From positions 18,910,001 to 18,974,000 of the forward strand of contig NC_043001.1 in assembly GCF_006345805.1 (NCBI RefSeq): 64,000 nucleotides of DNA. Reading direction: 5' to 3'. Position numbers and translations under genes: made by a program. This document shows, in pieces, positions 24,827 to 38,525 of this stretch. Within the stretch, counting starts at the first letter, position 1, and each line of letters starts with the position of its first letter. The notes under the pieces were generated by a model. The model worked only from the letters and a program-made list of their open reading frames with translations. It made no database searches and had not been told where the DNA came from. This DNA is from Octopus sinensis. Its lineage: Eukaryota.

Positions 24827-25179
24827 ATATGATCATCGCCTACTCATATGATCATCATCTATAAATAGCTGTGCACAACTATCCGAAAAAATACCTCAAA
24901 ACAACAAGATCAGGGCAACGTGAGTAAATAGCCAGGACCATCGCATGACCATAATTGTATAAAACTTACATAAGCCCTAAAAATAAATTTGCAGCTTATA
25001 ATGCTACATCCGTGAGGAATTTAAGAGTGTCGCTGCTTTTATTCACATCTACGATTTGATTTTGCTTCCGACGGGACAAATCTTTCTCACCATTTCTCAC
25101 TTTCTCTCTCTCTCTCACTCTCTCTTTCCTCCTCTCTCTCTATCTGTCTATCCATCTATCCATCTATCTATCTATCTAC

Positions 25180-25252
<73 letters not shown>

Positions 25253-25811
25253 AATCTCTTTCTCTTTCTCACTCACTCTCTCTCACTTACTCTCTCTCTA
25301 ACCCACTCTCTCCCACTCACTCTCTCTCTCGTTCTTCTCCCCCTCTCTCCCTCGATTTTCATTCTCCTTCCTAAAAAGAAGGAAGCAACATAGTTCATTC
25401 TGTTAGTCTTTCGTTTCATATTTTTAACCCTTCAGTGGGTTACACATTCTTTTGTTGTATTATTTTCCTCTTCTATATATCTTCTTCTTCTTCTTCAGTA
25501 ATTTTATGTAGCACTTAAAATTATCGATTCTAAACGTTGTTAAGAAAATACATGCTACAGCAATCTGAGAGAGCTGATATAATTGATAAACATTTTAACC
25601 CCACAACAATTTACACCAAATTTCGTTAACCAGTTAATCAAAAATCATCTTACGCTTTGCGTGAGTAGCCTAGGTAAACATTTATTTGTCTCAATCCATC
25701 CTGAACGCAAAATCCATCTGTGTAAAAAAATTTTAAGCTGAAACAAATTAAGGATTAAAGATTAAAGATTATATGTATGCGTATACACGAACACACATAC
25801 AAACATACATG

Positions 25812-26040
25812 GCTGAGAGACCGGCATGGTGTGGATGTAGGTGTCTTCAAAACAAAACTGGAGCTCCTCTTGTCAAGCGTTCCAGATGAGCCTACCTCAC
25901 GGCAGGAAAACATAGATGAGGGTAGCAGCAAATGCCACATACCAGAAGTTTCAAATAATTATGCAGCACAGCCAAAAGTGGTGCTCCAGCATGACCGTAG
26001 CTTTAAAACTGAAACAATTCAGAGAATTAAAGAATGTAAG
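25812..26040 (+). mobile_element. 3' fragment of a CR1/L2-group LINE
   Basis: LRD.HGVDVGVFKTKLELLLSSVPDEP; tail GTGGTGCTCCAGCATGACC..ACTGAAAC. Confidence 0.65.
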
Positions 26041-26057
26041 GAATCAATCTATCTATC

Positions 26058-26219
<162 letters not shown>

Positions 26220-26254
26220 ATATATATGTATAGTGGGAATTCACAAAAAGAGGG

Positions 26255-26404
26255 GCATGTAAATAACAAACAGATGTATTAGTTTAACGCTCGGGGAGTG
26301 AGAAAGTCTTTTACGTCCCGAGCCTACGCTCTTCGACAGAAAGGAACACAGAAATAAACAGGAAGAGAAAAAAAAATAAAAAAAGGTTTTGTGGCTAGCG
26401 ATGT

Positions 26405-26405
<1 letters not shown>
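26255..26405 (-). mobile_element. Penelope-like fragment with hammerhead-like motif at 26308-26343
   Basis: Minus strand CTTT-CTGTCGA-A-GAGC(GTAG)GCTC-GGGA-CG-TA-AAAG; within (TA)n. Confidence 0.5.
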
Positions 26406-26477
<72 letters not shown>

Positions 26478-26480
<3 letters not shown>

Positions 26481-27066
26481 TCGAATAATGCTGTCCCCTG
26501 TGGTGTCCCCTTACGAAACAAAACATTTCGAAAATTGAATCACCCCAGAGGTCATTCACTAAAGAATTAAGGGCATGACTGATCTTGATTACTGGGACCG
26601 CCTTTAAACATTGAAACTCTACTCTCCCCTGCGCCGCCGCGAGCGGTACATCATTTGCACGATGTGGAGAACATACCACCAGCATTGCTCAAACGACCTC
26701 AGCATTAGCTTCAAAATTCATCCAAGGCTTGTACCACTGACCAATTCAGGATCACAACACATGAATACACTACAACACAATTTCTTTTCATCGACAGGCT
26801 CTGCCTTATCTAACATTGTCCCGAAACCGATCAAAGAAGAAAAAGATCACATTACCTTCAAACGGAATGTGGACAAATTTCTTCAAGGAATACTAGATAA
26901 GCCACCTATACCTGGATGCATCTCACTCAATAAGAGCTCCCTACTCGAATGGACCGTGATGCTACAAAACTTAACTTCAAAATTATTTAGATAATCCTAT
27001 GAGGTGGTGCTATTAAGTTAAACGTGGCCTGGACCAATCTTTGGTCGAAACACCTAAGTTTATCTA
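26478..27066 (+). mobile_element. 5'-truncated CR1/L2-group LINE (RT C-terminus plus 3'UTR)
   Basis: CPLW, MTDLDYWDRL, LKLYS.RRRERYIIC.MW, FKRNVDKFL..ILDKP; terminal hairpin GACCA-ATCTT-TGGTC-GAAAC. Confidence 0.8.
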
Positions 27067-27534
27067 ATTTTATATATACACACACACTCACACACACATA
27101 CGTTCCTATGCAAAGTTCTTAATATATATAGTACTTAGGTGTACATAGATATTGCTGCTTGTATATGTTGTACGTGACATCATTTCTCTATGTGTGTTTG
27201 TGTATATGAAATAGACAATGAGACTGCTTCATTTTGGACCTGATCACGCGATAGTATTTGTGGAATGTAATTATTTGATCTTATCGCTAACTGAAAAGAA
27301 ATTCAATACTAAATTGCAAATAAAGTATTCAAAGAGTAAATGAAATTATCCCAAAATTTTCACTATCGTTGCTTTTGTTGTTTCGCTCCAAGCCAGCTAT
27401 GATCGAATAAATCAATTATCATGAGCCGCAGTCACGATCTACTTCTGTGTTCATACATAACATATATAAGACTACATTATCCAATGTGTCCATTTATCAT
27501 GACAGTATGTTCTGATTGAGGAAGATATGGCTGA

Positions 27535-27960
27535 TAAGGCGGCGAGCTGGCAGAAACGTTAGCACGCCTAGCGAAATGCGTAGCCGTATTTCGTCTGCCG
27601 TTACGTTCTGAGTTCAAATTCCGCTGAGGTCGACTTTGCCTTTCATCCTTTCGGGGTCAGTTAAATAAGTACCAGTTAAGCACTGGGGTCGATATAATCG
27701 ACTTAATCCGTTTGTCTGTCCTTGTTTGTCCTCTCTGTGTTTAGCCCCTTGTGGGTAGTAAAGAAATAGGCATTTCGTCTGTCGCTACGTTCTGAGTTCA
27801 AATTCCGCTGAGGTTGACTTCGCCTTTCATTCTTTCGGGGTCGGTTAAATAAGTACCAGTTACGCACTGGGGTCGATATAATCGACTTAATCCGTTTGTT
27901 TGTCCTTGTTTGTCCTCTCTGTATTTAGCCCCTTGTGAGCAGTAAAGAAATAGATATTTC
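27535..27960 (+). mobile_element. SINE family A, two units
   Basis: Family match. Confidence 0.9.
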
Positions 27961-28084
27961 TAGTATATTTTTTTCTCTTTTTTTTCTCGCTAGTTTCAGC
28001 TCAGAGCTGTGGCCATGCTGATGCACCGCCGTTTATAATATTACATAGTTTGTATACAATACTATATATATTTTTTTATTTATG

Positions 28085-28382
28085 CGCCCTTTTCAGGCCC
28101 AGCCAGGCTCATTGGCCCGATTTCCCGGTTTCTATGGTGTATGTGTTCCCCCCAGCTGGCCGAGACGCCAGTTCATCCAGCGTTACTCAAGAAACAGGAA
28201 GAAAGAGTGAGAGAAAGTTAGGGCGAAAAAGTACAACAGGGGTCGCCACTACCACTTCCTGCCGGAGCCTCGTGGAGCTTTAGGTGTTTTCGCTCAATAA
28301 ACACACACAACGCCCAGTCTGGGAATCGAAACCGCGATCCTCCGACCACGAGTCCGCTGCCCTAACAACTGGGCCAACGCGC
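28085..28382 (-). mobile_element. SINE family C, tail T2
   Basis: Family head and core; tail ..CCAGCTGGGGGGAACACATAC..GGCTGGGCCTGAAAAGGG. Confidence 0.85.
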
Positions 28383-28526
28383 AGAAATTCATTCGCTGGC
28401 CCTTTAATACTTTTGTATATGTAAATAGATATTTAGTCAACTGATTCTTTCATCTTTAATATCTTTTATGTTTGTAAACAACTACTTCCTAGAGCCGGTT
28501 TAAGCTAGTGTTCATCATGTAACATA

Positions 28527-28742
28527 CAAGGGGGTGCTAAAAAGTTTCAGGCTTTAAGGGCGACGCAAAAGGTCTGGCTGGAGGCCCAACACTTCGAGTT
28601 CTTCACGGGGCTTAGAAAAACTGAAGGACCACTGCAATAGGTGTGTGAATCTGAGAGGGGGATATATTGAATAAAATCGTAATTAACTGATCCTCCGGTA
28701 TTTTCTTCTATCCAGAATCAGGAAGTTTTCGGTACCCCCACA
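28527..28742 (+). mobile_element. Mariner deletion derivative (MITE-like)
   Basis: TA-flanked degenerate TIRs CAAGGGGGTGCTAAAAAGTT and GAAGTTTTCGGTACCCCCACA; retains FFTGLEKLKDHCNRCVNLRGGYIE*. Confidence 0.75.
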
Positions 28743-28804
28743 TATATAATAATCTAGCACTAATCTTTAAATCGAATTTACGCAATTATATTGTTTTGAT
28801 GAAT

Positions 28805-28945
28805 CTGTCTAGACAAATTTCTTCAAGGAATACCAGATAAGCCACCTACCTGGATACATCTCACTCAAGAAGAGCTCCCTACTCGAATGGACCGTGATGC
28901 TACAAAACCTGACTTCAAAATTATTTAGATAATCCTATAAGGTAA
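28805..28945 (+). mobile_element. Fragment of the LINE family at 26478-27066
   Basis: High similarity to 26870-27000. Confidence 0.85.
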
Positions 28946-29040
28946 TGGGATCCTTTTCCTCTTTGATCTGTTTCAGGACAATGAAGAGAAGCCTTTGGAA
29001 GAGAAATCAAAATGAAGGGGGAACCTTCTATGAAGGGAAG

Positions 29041-29084
<44 letters not shown>

Positions 29085-29416
29085 GAAGCAACAGATCAGC
29101 ATTACAGCTTCAGACAGAAAGCCTTACGGACATCTTTTTCGGTTTCCTGCATTCTGCGTTCAAATCTTGTCGAGGTCAACTTTATGTTACATCCTCACCA
29201 CGTTTCTTAAATTAATTCGGTCGATTTATCTCTATCTGAAATAACTGTTTTCTTTGACTCCCGAGAAATGTCGAAGGGAAGCACTCACAGACATTCGCAA
29301 GACATTCGCAATTCCTTCACATCGTAAAAGTGATACGTTATGGGAACTGCCCCAAGAAGAAACGAGGTTCTGTACAGCACCGAAAGAGGTGATATAACGT
29401 TGGAAAAATAATGGTT

Positions 29417-29618
29417 TCTTTTATTTGTTTGTCAATTGACTGTAGCCATGCTGGAGCACCACCTTTAGTCGAGCAAATCGACCCCAGGACTTATTCTTTG
29501 CAAACCTAATACTTATTCTATCTGTCTTATTCTATCGTAACCGCTAGGTTACGGGGACGTAAACACACCGTCATAGGTTGTCAAGCGATGCTGGGGGGAC
29601 AAACACAAACACAAACAA

Positions 29619-29620
<2 letters not shown>
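29417..29620 (-). mobile_element. SINE family B, 3' half only
   Basis: Tail match, ends in (TA)n. Confidence 0.8.
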
Positions 29621-29656
<36 letters not shown>

Positions 29657-29695
29657 TATATATATATATATAATATATATATATATATTATATTA

Positions 29696-29736
<41 letters not shown>

Positions 29737-29774
29737 CATATATATCCTCCTCAATTTTTTCTTTCATATTTCTC

Positions 29775-29907
29775 TGTAATTGGTTGCTATATTTGCGGAA
29801 TTTAATTTTCCTAATAAGTTCGAAAAGGTCTTTCTCGAAGGCTTCTAGAAAGACCTTTTCGAACTTATTAGGAAAATTAAATTCCGCAAATATAGTAGCC
29901 AATTACA
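29775..29907. repeat. 133-bp palindrome: 61-bp arms, 2 mismatches, 11-bp spacer
   Basis: 29775-29835 versus 29847-29907; embedded in (TA)n. Confidence 0.92.
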
Positions 29908-29917
29908 TAGAAGCCTT

Positions 29918-30561
<644 letters not shown>

Positions 30562-31114
30562 GACTATGTTAAGGCCGATTCAATTGTGTTAATTAAAAGT
30601 TCTGATTTATGCTACAGTTTTACTCAACGGCGGTAGGTTAAACTCTACGTTTCAAATGTTTCTTACTGCATAAAAAGAAGCTTAAACTGATTTAATGGGG
30701 ACATTTGTCATTACTGCAATATACAAGTAATTATTTGATTCGTTCAACCGCTTTTATTTACGAGGATAATAACAGTTAAAATTGATTGTTGTATAACTTC
30801 AATGGGTCAAAAACAAAGAAGTAGAACGGTAAGGCTATTAATTAGCATCCGAAAACTAAATGAAGTAATTCTAGAAGTGTATCAGTTTGTGATTTTTTCC
30901 TTTCGTTTTTCTGAGAAGTTGCTATTCTTTCGCTTAACTTTTTTCCATTTTTTTGAAGAGAAGGATCATGTCAGTAGTGTCCTATAATCCTTTCTGCGAC
31001 GAAATATAGCAGAGAGAGATATATATATAGAGAGATATCTAGAGCGATATAGATATATATAGAGAGAGAGATATAGAGAAATATATAGCAGAGAAAGAGA
31101 AATATAGCAGAGAG

Positions 31115-31183
<69 letters not shown>

Positions 31184-31999
31184 ATGAAGGGAGGGAGAGA
31201 GAAGAAAAAGTGAAATCATGGATCAGCTATTTAATTTGTTTATTATAATTCCTATAATTTATAGCGTAGGAGCTCCGAATTATTTGAATCAACCTTAAGT
31301 CTTTCACAAGACTTGCAACCATTATAGTACTTTAGAAATAAAGTATCTGCAAGTTGCAGTTAATTTCCCTTAAATTACACCCTTTACACACAGAAAGGAT
31401 GCATTAGATAATGAAATCTGTGATATGCAGAGCCTGATAGCAGAATGGACTGGTCATCGCCGGAACGTCTTTGATTACGGGTCTGATCAGTCAGTACTGA
31501 CATGTGGCTAAACAAAACAAGAACAAGAACAAGAAGAAGAACAACAGCAATAATAATTTGATCGATAAAATATAGAACAAGAGATGTTGTTCAGATGATT
31601 ACATCTTTCCATTGAAACGAGAATGTCTTGAAATCTAAGAAGAATTGTGTATTAGGAAGCATTTAGCTGAATTAGCTGAAATGGCTCAGAACTGGAATAA
31701 AAGCCTCATAGATTTTGTCTTATTTGGTGTCAATGAGCTGATCTTAAATGCTGGGAATTTTCCCCCTCTTTCTCATCCATTCAATATCTATAAAATAAGA
31801 TAAGGTATCCGTGTAGCCACGTAAAATCAGATGATGAATGTTCATATGCCAAAGTTCTTTAAATATGGAGATGTAACGGTCTTCTCGGGTCAATGGATTC
31901 GTAATTCTTTTCGGTGTTTATAGAAATAACATTATTCATATTGTTAATGTGTAACATTCATACGTATATTTAAATATATGCCCATATGCATACATATGC

Positions 32000-32026
32000 T
32001 TGTCTGTCTGTCTGCCTATCTGTCTG

Positions 32027-32110
<84 letters not shown>

Positions 32111-32119
32111 CCTACCTAC

Positions 32120-32170
<51 letters not shown>

Positions 32171-32175
32171 CCTAC

Positions 32176-32230
<55 letters not shown>

Positions 32231-32239
32231 CCTACCTAC

Positions 32240-32297
<58 letters not shown>

Positions 32298-32308
32298 CTA
32301 TCTATCTA

Positions 32309-32365
<57 letters not shown>

Positions 32366-32409
32366 CTCTATTTCTCTTTCTCTCACTCTCTCTCTCTCTC
32401 TCTCTCTCT

Positions 32410-32456
<47 letters not shown>

Positions 32457-32509
32457 TAGATAGATAGATAGGTAGACAGACAGACAGGCAGACAGATAGA
32501 TAGATAGAC

Positions 32510-32570
<61 letters not shown>

Positions 32571-32592
32571 TATAGATAGATAGATAGATAGG

Positions 32593-32624
<32 letters not shown>

Positions 32625-32625
32625 A
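32000..32625. repeat. Compound microsatellite (TATC)n-(TC)n-(TA)n-(GATA/GACA)n
   Basis: Direct repeats. Confidence 0.97.
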
Positions 32626-32901
32626 CAAGGATTGGGGCTAAAAGCAGTACCCCATCATGACCGCGGCCTCTGTCTGAAGTCCATAACAGGATAATTAGCA
32701 CCTTCCTGTAATCAAGAAGACTCGTCTTCCACAGCTGAAGTGTTAAGCCCCCCCCCTACCACCACCACCACTTTCGTGGTAAAGAGGAATGGCCTGCAAG
32801 AGTTCTGTGCCGGCGTCACGTAGAAGCGCTCGTACGGCGCCACGTTGAAGCACCCAGAACACTCTGTAAAGTGGTTGGCGTTAGGAGGGATGATAAATGA
32901 C

Positions 32902-32979
<78 letters not shown>

Positions 32980-33484
32980 AATGATGATGATGATGATGAT
33001 AATGATGATGATGATGATGATACATAATTTATATTAGAGATTTAATCCTAGCAGTAAGTAAAATGAAATGATAGATGTTCAATATGTCAAGATGCTTTAT
33101 GTAGAGAGATAAAACGTTCGTTCTACACAAATTAGGTTCGGAATTCTTTTGATACTTCAAATTGGTTTTTGCTAGGAGTTGATTTGTCATATTGTTAATT
33201 TGTAAAACGCACATACACACACACACGGGAATGTAAACATTAAATTCACGCTTATAATATCATAAATCATTTATATCCTAGGCTGAAATGTAGCAACAAT
33301 GTAAAAATGAGATGATGAATGTTCAAGTCAAAGTTCAATGCATACAGAAATGACTCGGTTATTTGAGATCAGTGGATTTGCAAATTTTTTATTCAAAGAC
33401 TTAAATTGTCGCTTAAAATATCAATTTTTACATTACCAATTCTTTATATATATATATATATATACATATACATACATACATACA

Positions 33485-33557
<73 letters not shown>

Positions 33558-33577
33558 ATACACACATACATACATAT

Positions 33578-33608
<31 letters not shown>

Positions 33609-33619
33609 ATATATATATA

Positions 33620-33783
33620 CGACGAGCTTCTTTCAGTTTCCGTCCACCAAATCCACTCACAAGGCTTTGGTCAGCCCGAGGCTATAGTAGAAGACACTTG
33701 CCTAAGATGCTATGCGGTGGGACGGAACCCGGAGCCATATGGTTGGTAAGTAAGCTGCTTACCACACAGCTACTCCTACGCCT
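33620..33783 (-). mobile_element. SINE family B, 5' half only
   Basis: Head match, ends in (TA)n. Confidence 0.85.
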
Positions 33784-33843
33784 ATGTTTATGAAGTTTTA
33801 ATGCATAGTACAAAAACTATTCAACTAAATTTCTATTAATAGA

Positions 33844-34491
33844 CTAGCAGCTAAGCCCGGTTTCACCCGGTCTGTTTGGATGATGTATGTGTGATCGTTT
33901 TCGGTTAGGCATAATCTATAACAGCTTTTCTCAACCTTATCATTTCGGGTCCCCTGTTTCGATTGGAGCGTCCAGATGTATGAAAATTTCCTGACTCCCC
34001 CTATCCCTTTGTCAGATTTTTCATGGGCCGGCTGGTCTACCTAAGATTCATGGGGAGCTGAATTAAATTTTTCATCAACACGGGAGCAGAAATAAATTTT
34101 TCAATGTCCAAGGGAAGCTGAATTGCGCAAAAGGTTGAGAACCGCTGATCCATAATGATTTTTATTTAGGCACATCGTAAAAGTGGGTATAAAGAATTGC
34201 TAAATATAAAGAAAAGTATGTTTTTTCAAGTAAATACATTTAAAAAAAAAATATTTCCCATTTCAAGTCATCACTAAAAACAGCTAATCAATTTTTGAAT
34301 CGATAAAAAATCACTCTTTTTGCCATAGCAACCACATCTTTATAGCTTGCGGATTTTAACCATCGCGGGTCTCATTCTCACCACGCATTTAGTATCCCTG
34401 CCAATTTTCAGCTCGATCCTAGTCTCGGTTTGGCCGCCATTAACCGTCAAAGCAAAATGTGCTTACAATTTTCATCCAAGCACTTTTTAGA
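33844..34491 (-). mobile_element. Non-autonomous Helitron (family H2)
   Basis: Minus strand ends CCGG-GTGAAA-CCGG-GCTTAGCTG-CTAG|T; probable 5' end A|TCTAAAAAG at 34491. Confidence 0.7.
33922..34147. mobile_element. hAT (Charlie-like) MITE nested in Helitron H2
   Basis: 17-bp TIRs CAGC(TT/GG)TTCTCAACCTT; 8-bp TSD ATCTATAA/ATCCATAA. Confidence 0.85.
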
Positions 34492-34788
34492 TAAAAATGA
34501 GGATAAACCAGTTATCTAAAAAGTGATCAGTATAATTCCATCGTACGGCATGTTTTTAGCGTATATCTACTCTGATAGAGTGATAATGATATAATGGAAT
34601 ATGCGTATAGACATATGAATTTATCCCAAGTCTTGTCTACGCTGTTTTACATGCAATAGACATTGTATAATTGAGGACGGTGTCAAAAGCTCAAATATAC
34701 AAATTAAGATATCCACTAACATGCTAGCCTATTTTATGTTTGCTTTATATCGCTACTAGTCTGAGAAGTAGTTAACAAACCATGAATT

Positions 34789-34950
34789 GCATAGGAGTGG
34801 CTGTGTGGTAAGTAGCTTGCTTACGCACCACATGGTTCTGAGTTCAGTCTCACTGCGTGGCACCTTGGGCAAGTGTCTTCTTCTATAGCCTCGGGCCGAC
34901 CAAAGCCTTGTGAGTGTATTTGGTTGACGGAAACTGAAAGAAGCCTGTCG

Positions 34951-34981
<31 letters not shown>

Positions 34982-35005
34982 TATATATAATATATATATA
35001 TATAT

Positions 35006-35040
<35 letters not shown>

Positions 35041-35263
35041 GTGTATATGTTTGTGTGTCTGTTTGTCCCCCAACATCGTTTGACAACCGATGCTAGTGTG
35101 TTTACATCCCCGTAACTTAGCGTTTCGGCAAAAGAGACCGATAGAATAAGTACTAGGCTTACAAAGAATAAGCCCTGGGGTCGATTTGCTCGACTAAAGG
35201 CGGTGCTCCAGCATGGCCAGAGTCAAATGACTGAAACGAGTAAAAGTGTAAAAGAGGAAAAGA
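34789..35263 (+). mobile_element. SINE family B
   Basis: Full family match. Confidence 0.9.
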
Positions 35264-35802
35264 GAAATCGATCCGTAAGTAGATGATTCCTTCCCCTTTG
35301 GGAGGGGGCACTTCAACAACATAGGAAGCACGTATTTACATTCTTATTATGGTCACAGTAAGGCTTTTTAATATATAATTCTTTAAATTCTGATTTTTGC
35401 TGTGTTGTGCATAAAATAGACGCTTTGTTCATAAGTTAACAACATTTAACATATCTTTGAAAGAACCAGTTTAAAATTGTAAAAGAATTATCTATTATTT
35501 CAGGAACAAATGTGGTAATTTATAGCTGTTAATGTTAATATATGCAGTTAAGACATACGTCGGAGAATGTTTCTCTCTGGTGTGCCAGGCAAGTCTGCTA
35601 CACAGAAGTTTGCGTTTCACTTTTCTTTCAAACTAAATTGAAATATCTCTTTTACCGAACATTTTAACTTGCCAACCTTTTCATCTTCCTCGATGGAATT
35701 TTCCAGTAACATAATTCTGAAAGTCTGGATACTGCTACACGTGTCTAACATAGCAATGTAGTCCATTTTGACTCGATCAATTTACAAGTCAACCCCATAT
35801 AT

Positions 35803-36321
35803 TCTTTTACTCTTTTACTTGTTTCAGTCATTTGACTGTGGCCATGCTGGAGCACCGCCTTTAGTCGAGCAAGTCGACCCCAGGACTTATTCTTTGTAAG
35901 CCTAGTACTTATTCTATCGGTCTCTTTTGCAGAACTGCTAAGTTACGGGGATGTAAACACACCAGTATCGGTTGTCAAGCGATGCTAGGGGACAAACACA
36001 GACACACAAACATATACACACACATACACATGTATACTGCGGTGGACTGGCGTCCCGTCCAGCTGGGGGGAACACATACGCCACAGAAACCGCGAAACCG
36101 GGCCCATGAGCCTGGCTAGGCTTGAAAAGGGCGGAAAAAACATATATATACATGTATACGATGGGCTTCTTTCAGTTTCTGTCTACCAAATCCACACACA
36201 AGGCTTTGGTCGGCCCGAGGCTATAGTAGAAGACACCAGCCTAAGGTGCCACGCAGTGGGATTGAACCTGGAACCATGTGGTTGGCAAGCAAGCTACTTA
36301 CCACACAATCACTCCTACGCC
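35803..36321 (-). mobile_element. SINE family B with a SINE C T2-tail fragment (36039-36136, +) in its internal tract
   Basis: B tail and head flank GCGGTGGACTGGCGTCCCGTCCAGCTGGGGGG..CTTGAAAAGGGCGG. Confidence 0.88.
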
Positions 36322-36504
36322 CATATTTTGTTTCGATCACTGGATTGAGGTCATGGTGGGGCACCTCTTTGAAGGCTTTTGGTCGAGAAATCGACCCCAG
36401 TACAAATTTTCAAGTCTGGTATTCATTCGGTCTCTTTTGTCGAAATGCTCAGGTACAGGGAAGTGAACAAACACAAACACGTACACTTACATATATACAA
36501 ATGA

Positions 36505-36551
<47 letters not shown>

Positions 36552-37009
36552 AATAAACACACATATACACATAGATTACGTCGAGCTTCCACACGGTTTC
36601 CATCTACCGAATTAGCTAATAAAGCTTTGGTCATCTCGTCTTGAGGCTATGGTAGAAGACAACCAAGGTGCATTGCTGTGGAACCGAACCCGAAATCGCG
36701 TGATTTCAAAGCTATCTTCCTAACCACTCAGCCATGTTTGCAACTATATTGAAAGAATTGATTTAGGCAGCGTTAAATTTTACAATTCTGTACGCCGTAA
36801 ATCGTGTTCAAAGAAATATCAAGCGTACAAACTCGAATCAGACGGCGTATCTCTTATTGCAAGAAATAATTAGTCCTATCACTAATTCATTCTACGAAGA
36901 CAGCGGGTTGGTAGAATCGTTAGCACGTCACCACTATGATGAACACTCCTTCCGTGGCTCTGCTTGTTTGTGATTCTACATAGCCAATCCACTGAGTGGA
37001 AAAACAAAA

Positions 37010-37403
37010 AGCTGGCAGAATCGTTAGCACGCCGGGCGAAATGCTTAGCGGTATTTCGTCTGCCGCTACGTTCTGAGTTCAAATTCCGCCGAGGTCGACT
37101 TTGCCTTTCATCCTTTCGGGGTCAATAAATTAAGTACCAGTTACGCACTGGGGTCGATATAATCGACTTAATCCGTTTGTCTGTCCTTGTTTGTCCTCTC
37201 TGTGTTTAGCCCCTTGTGGGTAGTAAAGAAATAAGTATTTCGTTTGCCGTTACGTTGTGAGTTCAAATTCCGCCGAGGTCGACTTTGCCTCTCATTGTCG
37301 ATTAAATAAGTATCAGTTACGCTCTGGGGTCTATGTAATCGACTTAATCCCTTTGTTTGTCCTTGTTTATCCCCTCTGTGTTTAGACCTTGTGGGCAATA
37401 AAC
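37010..37403 (+). mobile_element. SINE family A, two units, with more degenerate A-like copies to ~37800
   Basis: Family match. Confidence 0.85.
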
Positions 37404-38525
37404 AAAAATGCTTAGCGGCATTTCTTCAGACTTTGCATTCTGAGTTCAAATGCTTCTGAGGTCAACTTTGCCTTTTATCTTCTCGGGCCGATTAAATGAG
37501 TACCAGTCGAACACTCGTGTCGATGTAATCGACATTCTCTGTCCACCAAAATTGCTGGCTTTGAGCCAAAATATGAAACCAGTATTTCGTTCTACTATAA
37601 GCACAAAGCCTGAAACTTGGTGAAGGAAATTAGTCAATTAGATGGACCCCAGTGCTTATAAAGTACATGTTTTATTGACCCTCAAAATGACGAAAGGCGA
37701 AGTCGAGCTCGACGGAATTTGAACTCAGAACGTGATGAATCAGAAGAAATAGTGCTAGGCTTTATCTCTGATACGCTAACGATGCTGCCAGCTCATCGCT
37801 TTATTCCTATTATGAATGTTGTGTGCGCGCACTCACACACAGACACAGACACACATCCATAGACACCCACCCTTTTCTTTCTCACACACATACAGACATA
37901 TAACGGAAGTTTACCATGTCTGCCTTCTCTCTCCGTTTTTAATCGTCTGCTGTGAGTCTACAACTGCGGAGTATAACAAAAATATACATAATCTAAGAAC
38001 TAAATCACGCAAAACTTTGATTATTATTGATTTCAATCCAGTGTGTGAAGTCTATACCGAAGCGAGCGAGAAATATCGACATTTAATTGACTGGAATTTC
38101 CTTAAAATGTCACTTGAAAGAGTGGCAATTTGATCAAACGGAACTGTTCGCTAACTAATTAGATTTAGTAACAATGTAGATAAGAGACATTTAAACTTTG
38201 AATAAGACATCAGCATGTAGCGTAGAGTATATTCAACAACTCGGAAAAAAGGGAGACGAAGCTAATAATATAATTCAAATTTTCGAAAAAATAAACTTGC
38301 TAATTATCTGTTCAAAGCCCAGTTTCACGCTCTTTTAATAAAATCTAGTTTGAATTTGATTTAGCTTAAGTTGGCTGAGTTCTTCTCAGAGACGTAACTA
38401 AATTTCGTTACGTTGTCATTACTTGTCGCAGAATACTTGGCCAAGTACAGTAATCTGTTAAAATTTAATTATAAACGGACTATACTGAAACCTGAGAAAG
38501 ATAACTGATAAAATATGCTATTACT

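Noticed and set aside
27020-27055. Hairpin followed by GAAAC in the LINE tail
   Set aside because: No upstream core; better explained as the LINE 3' recognition stem-loop
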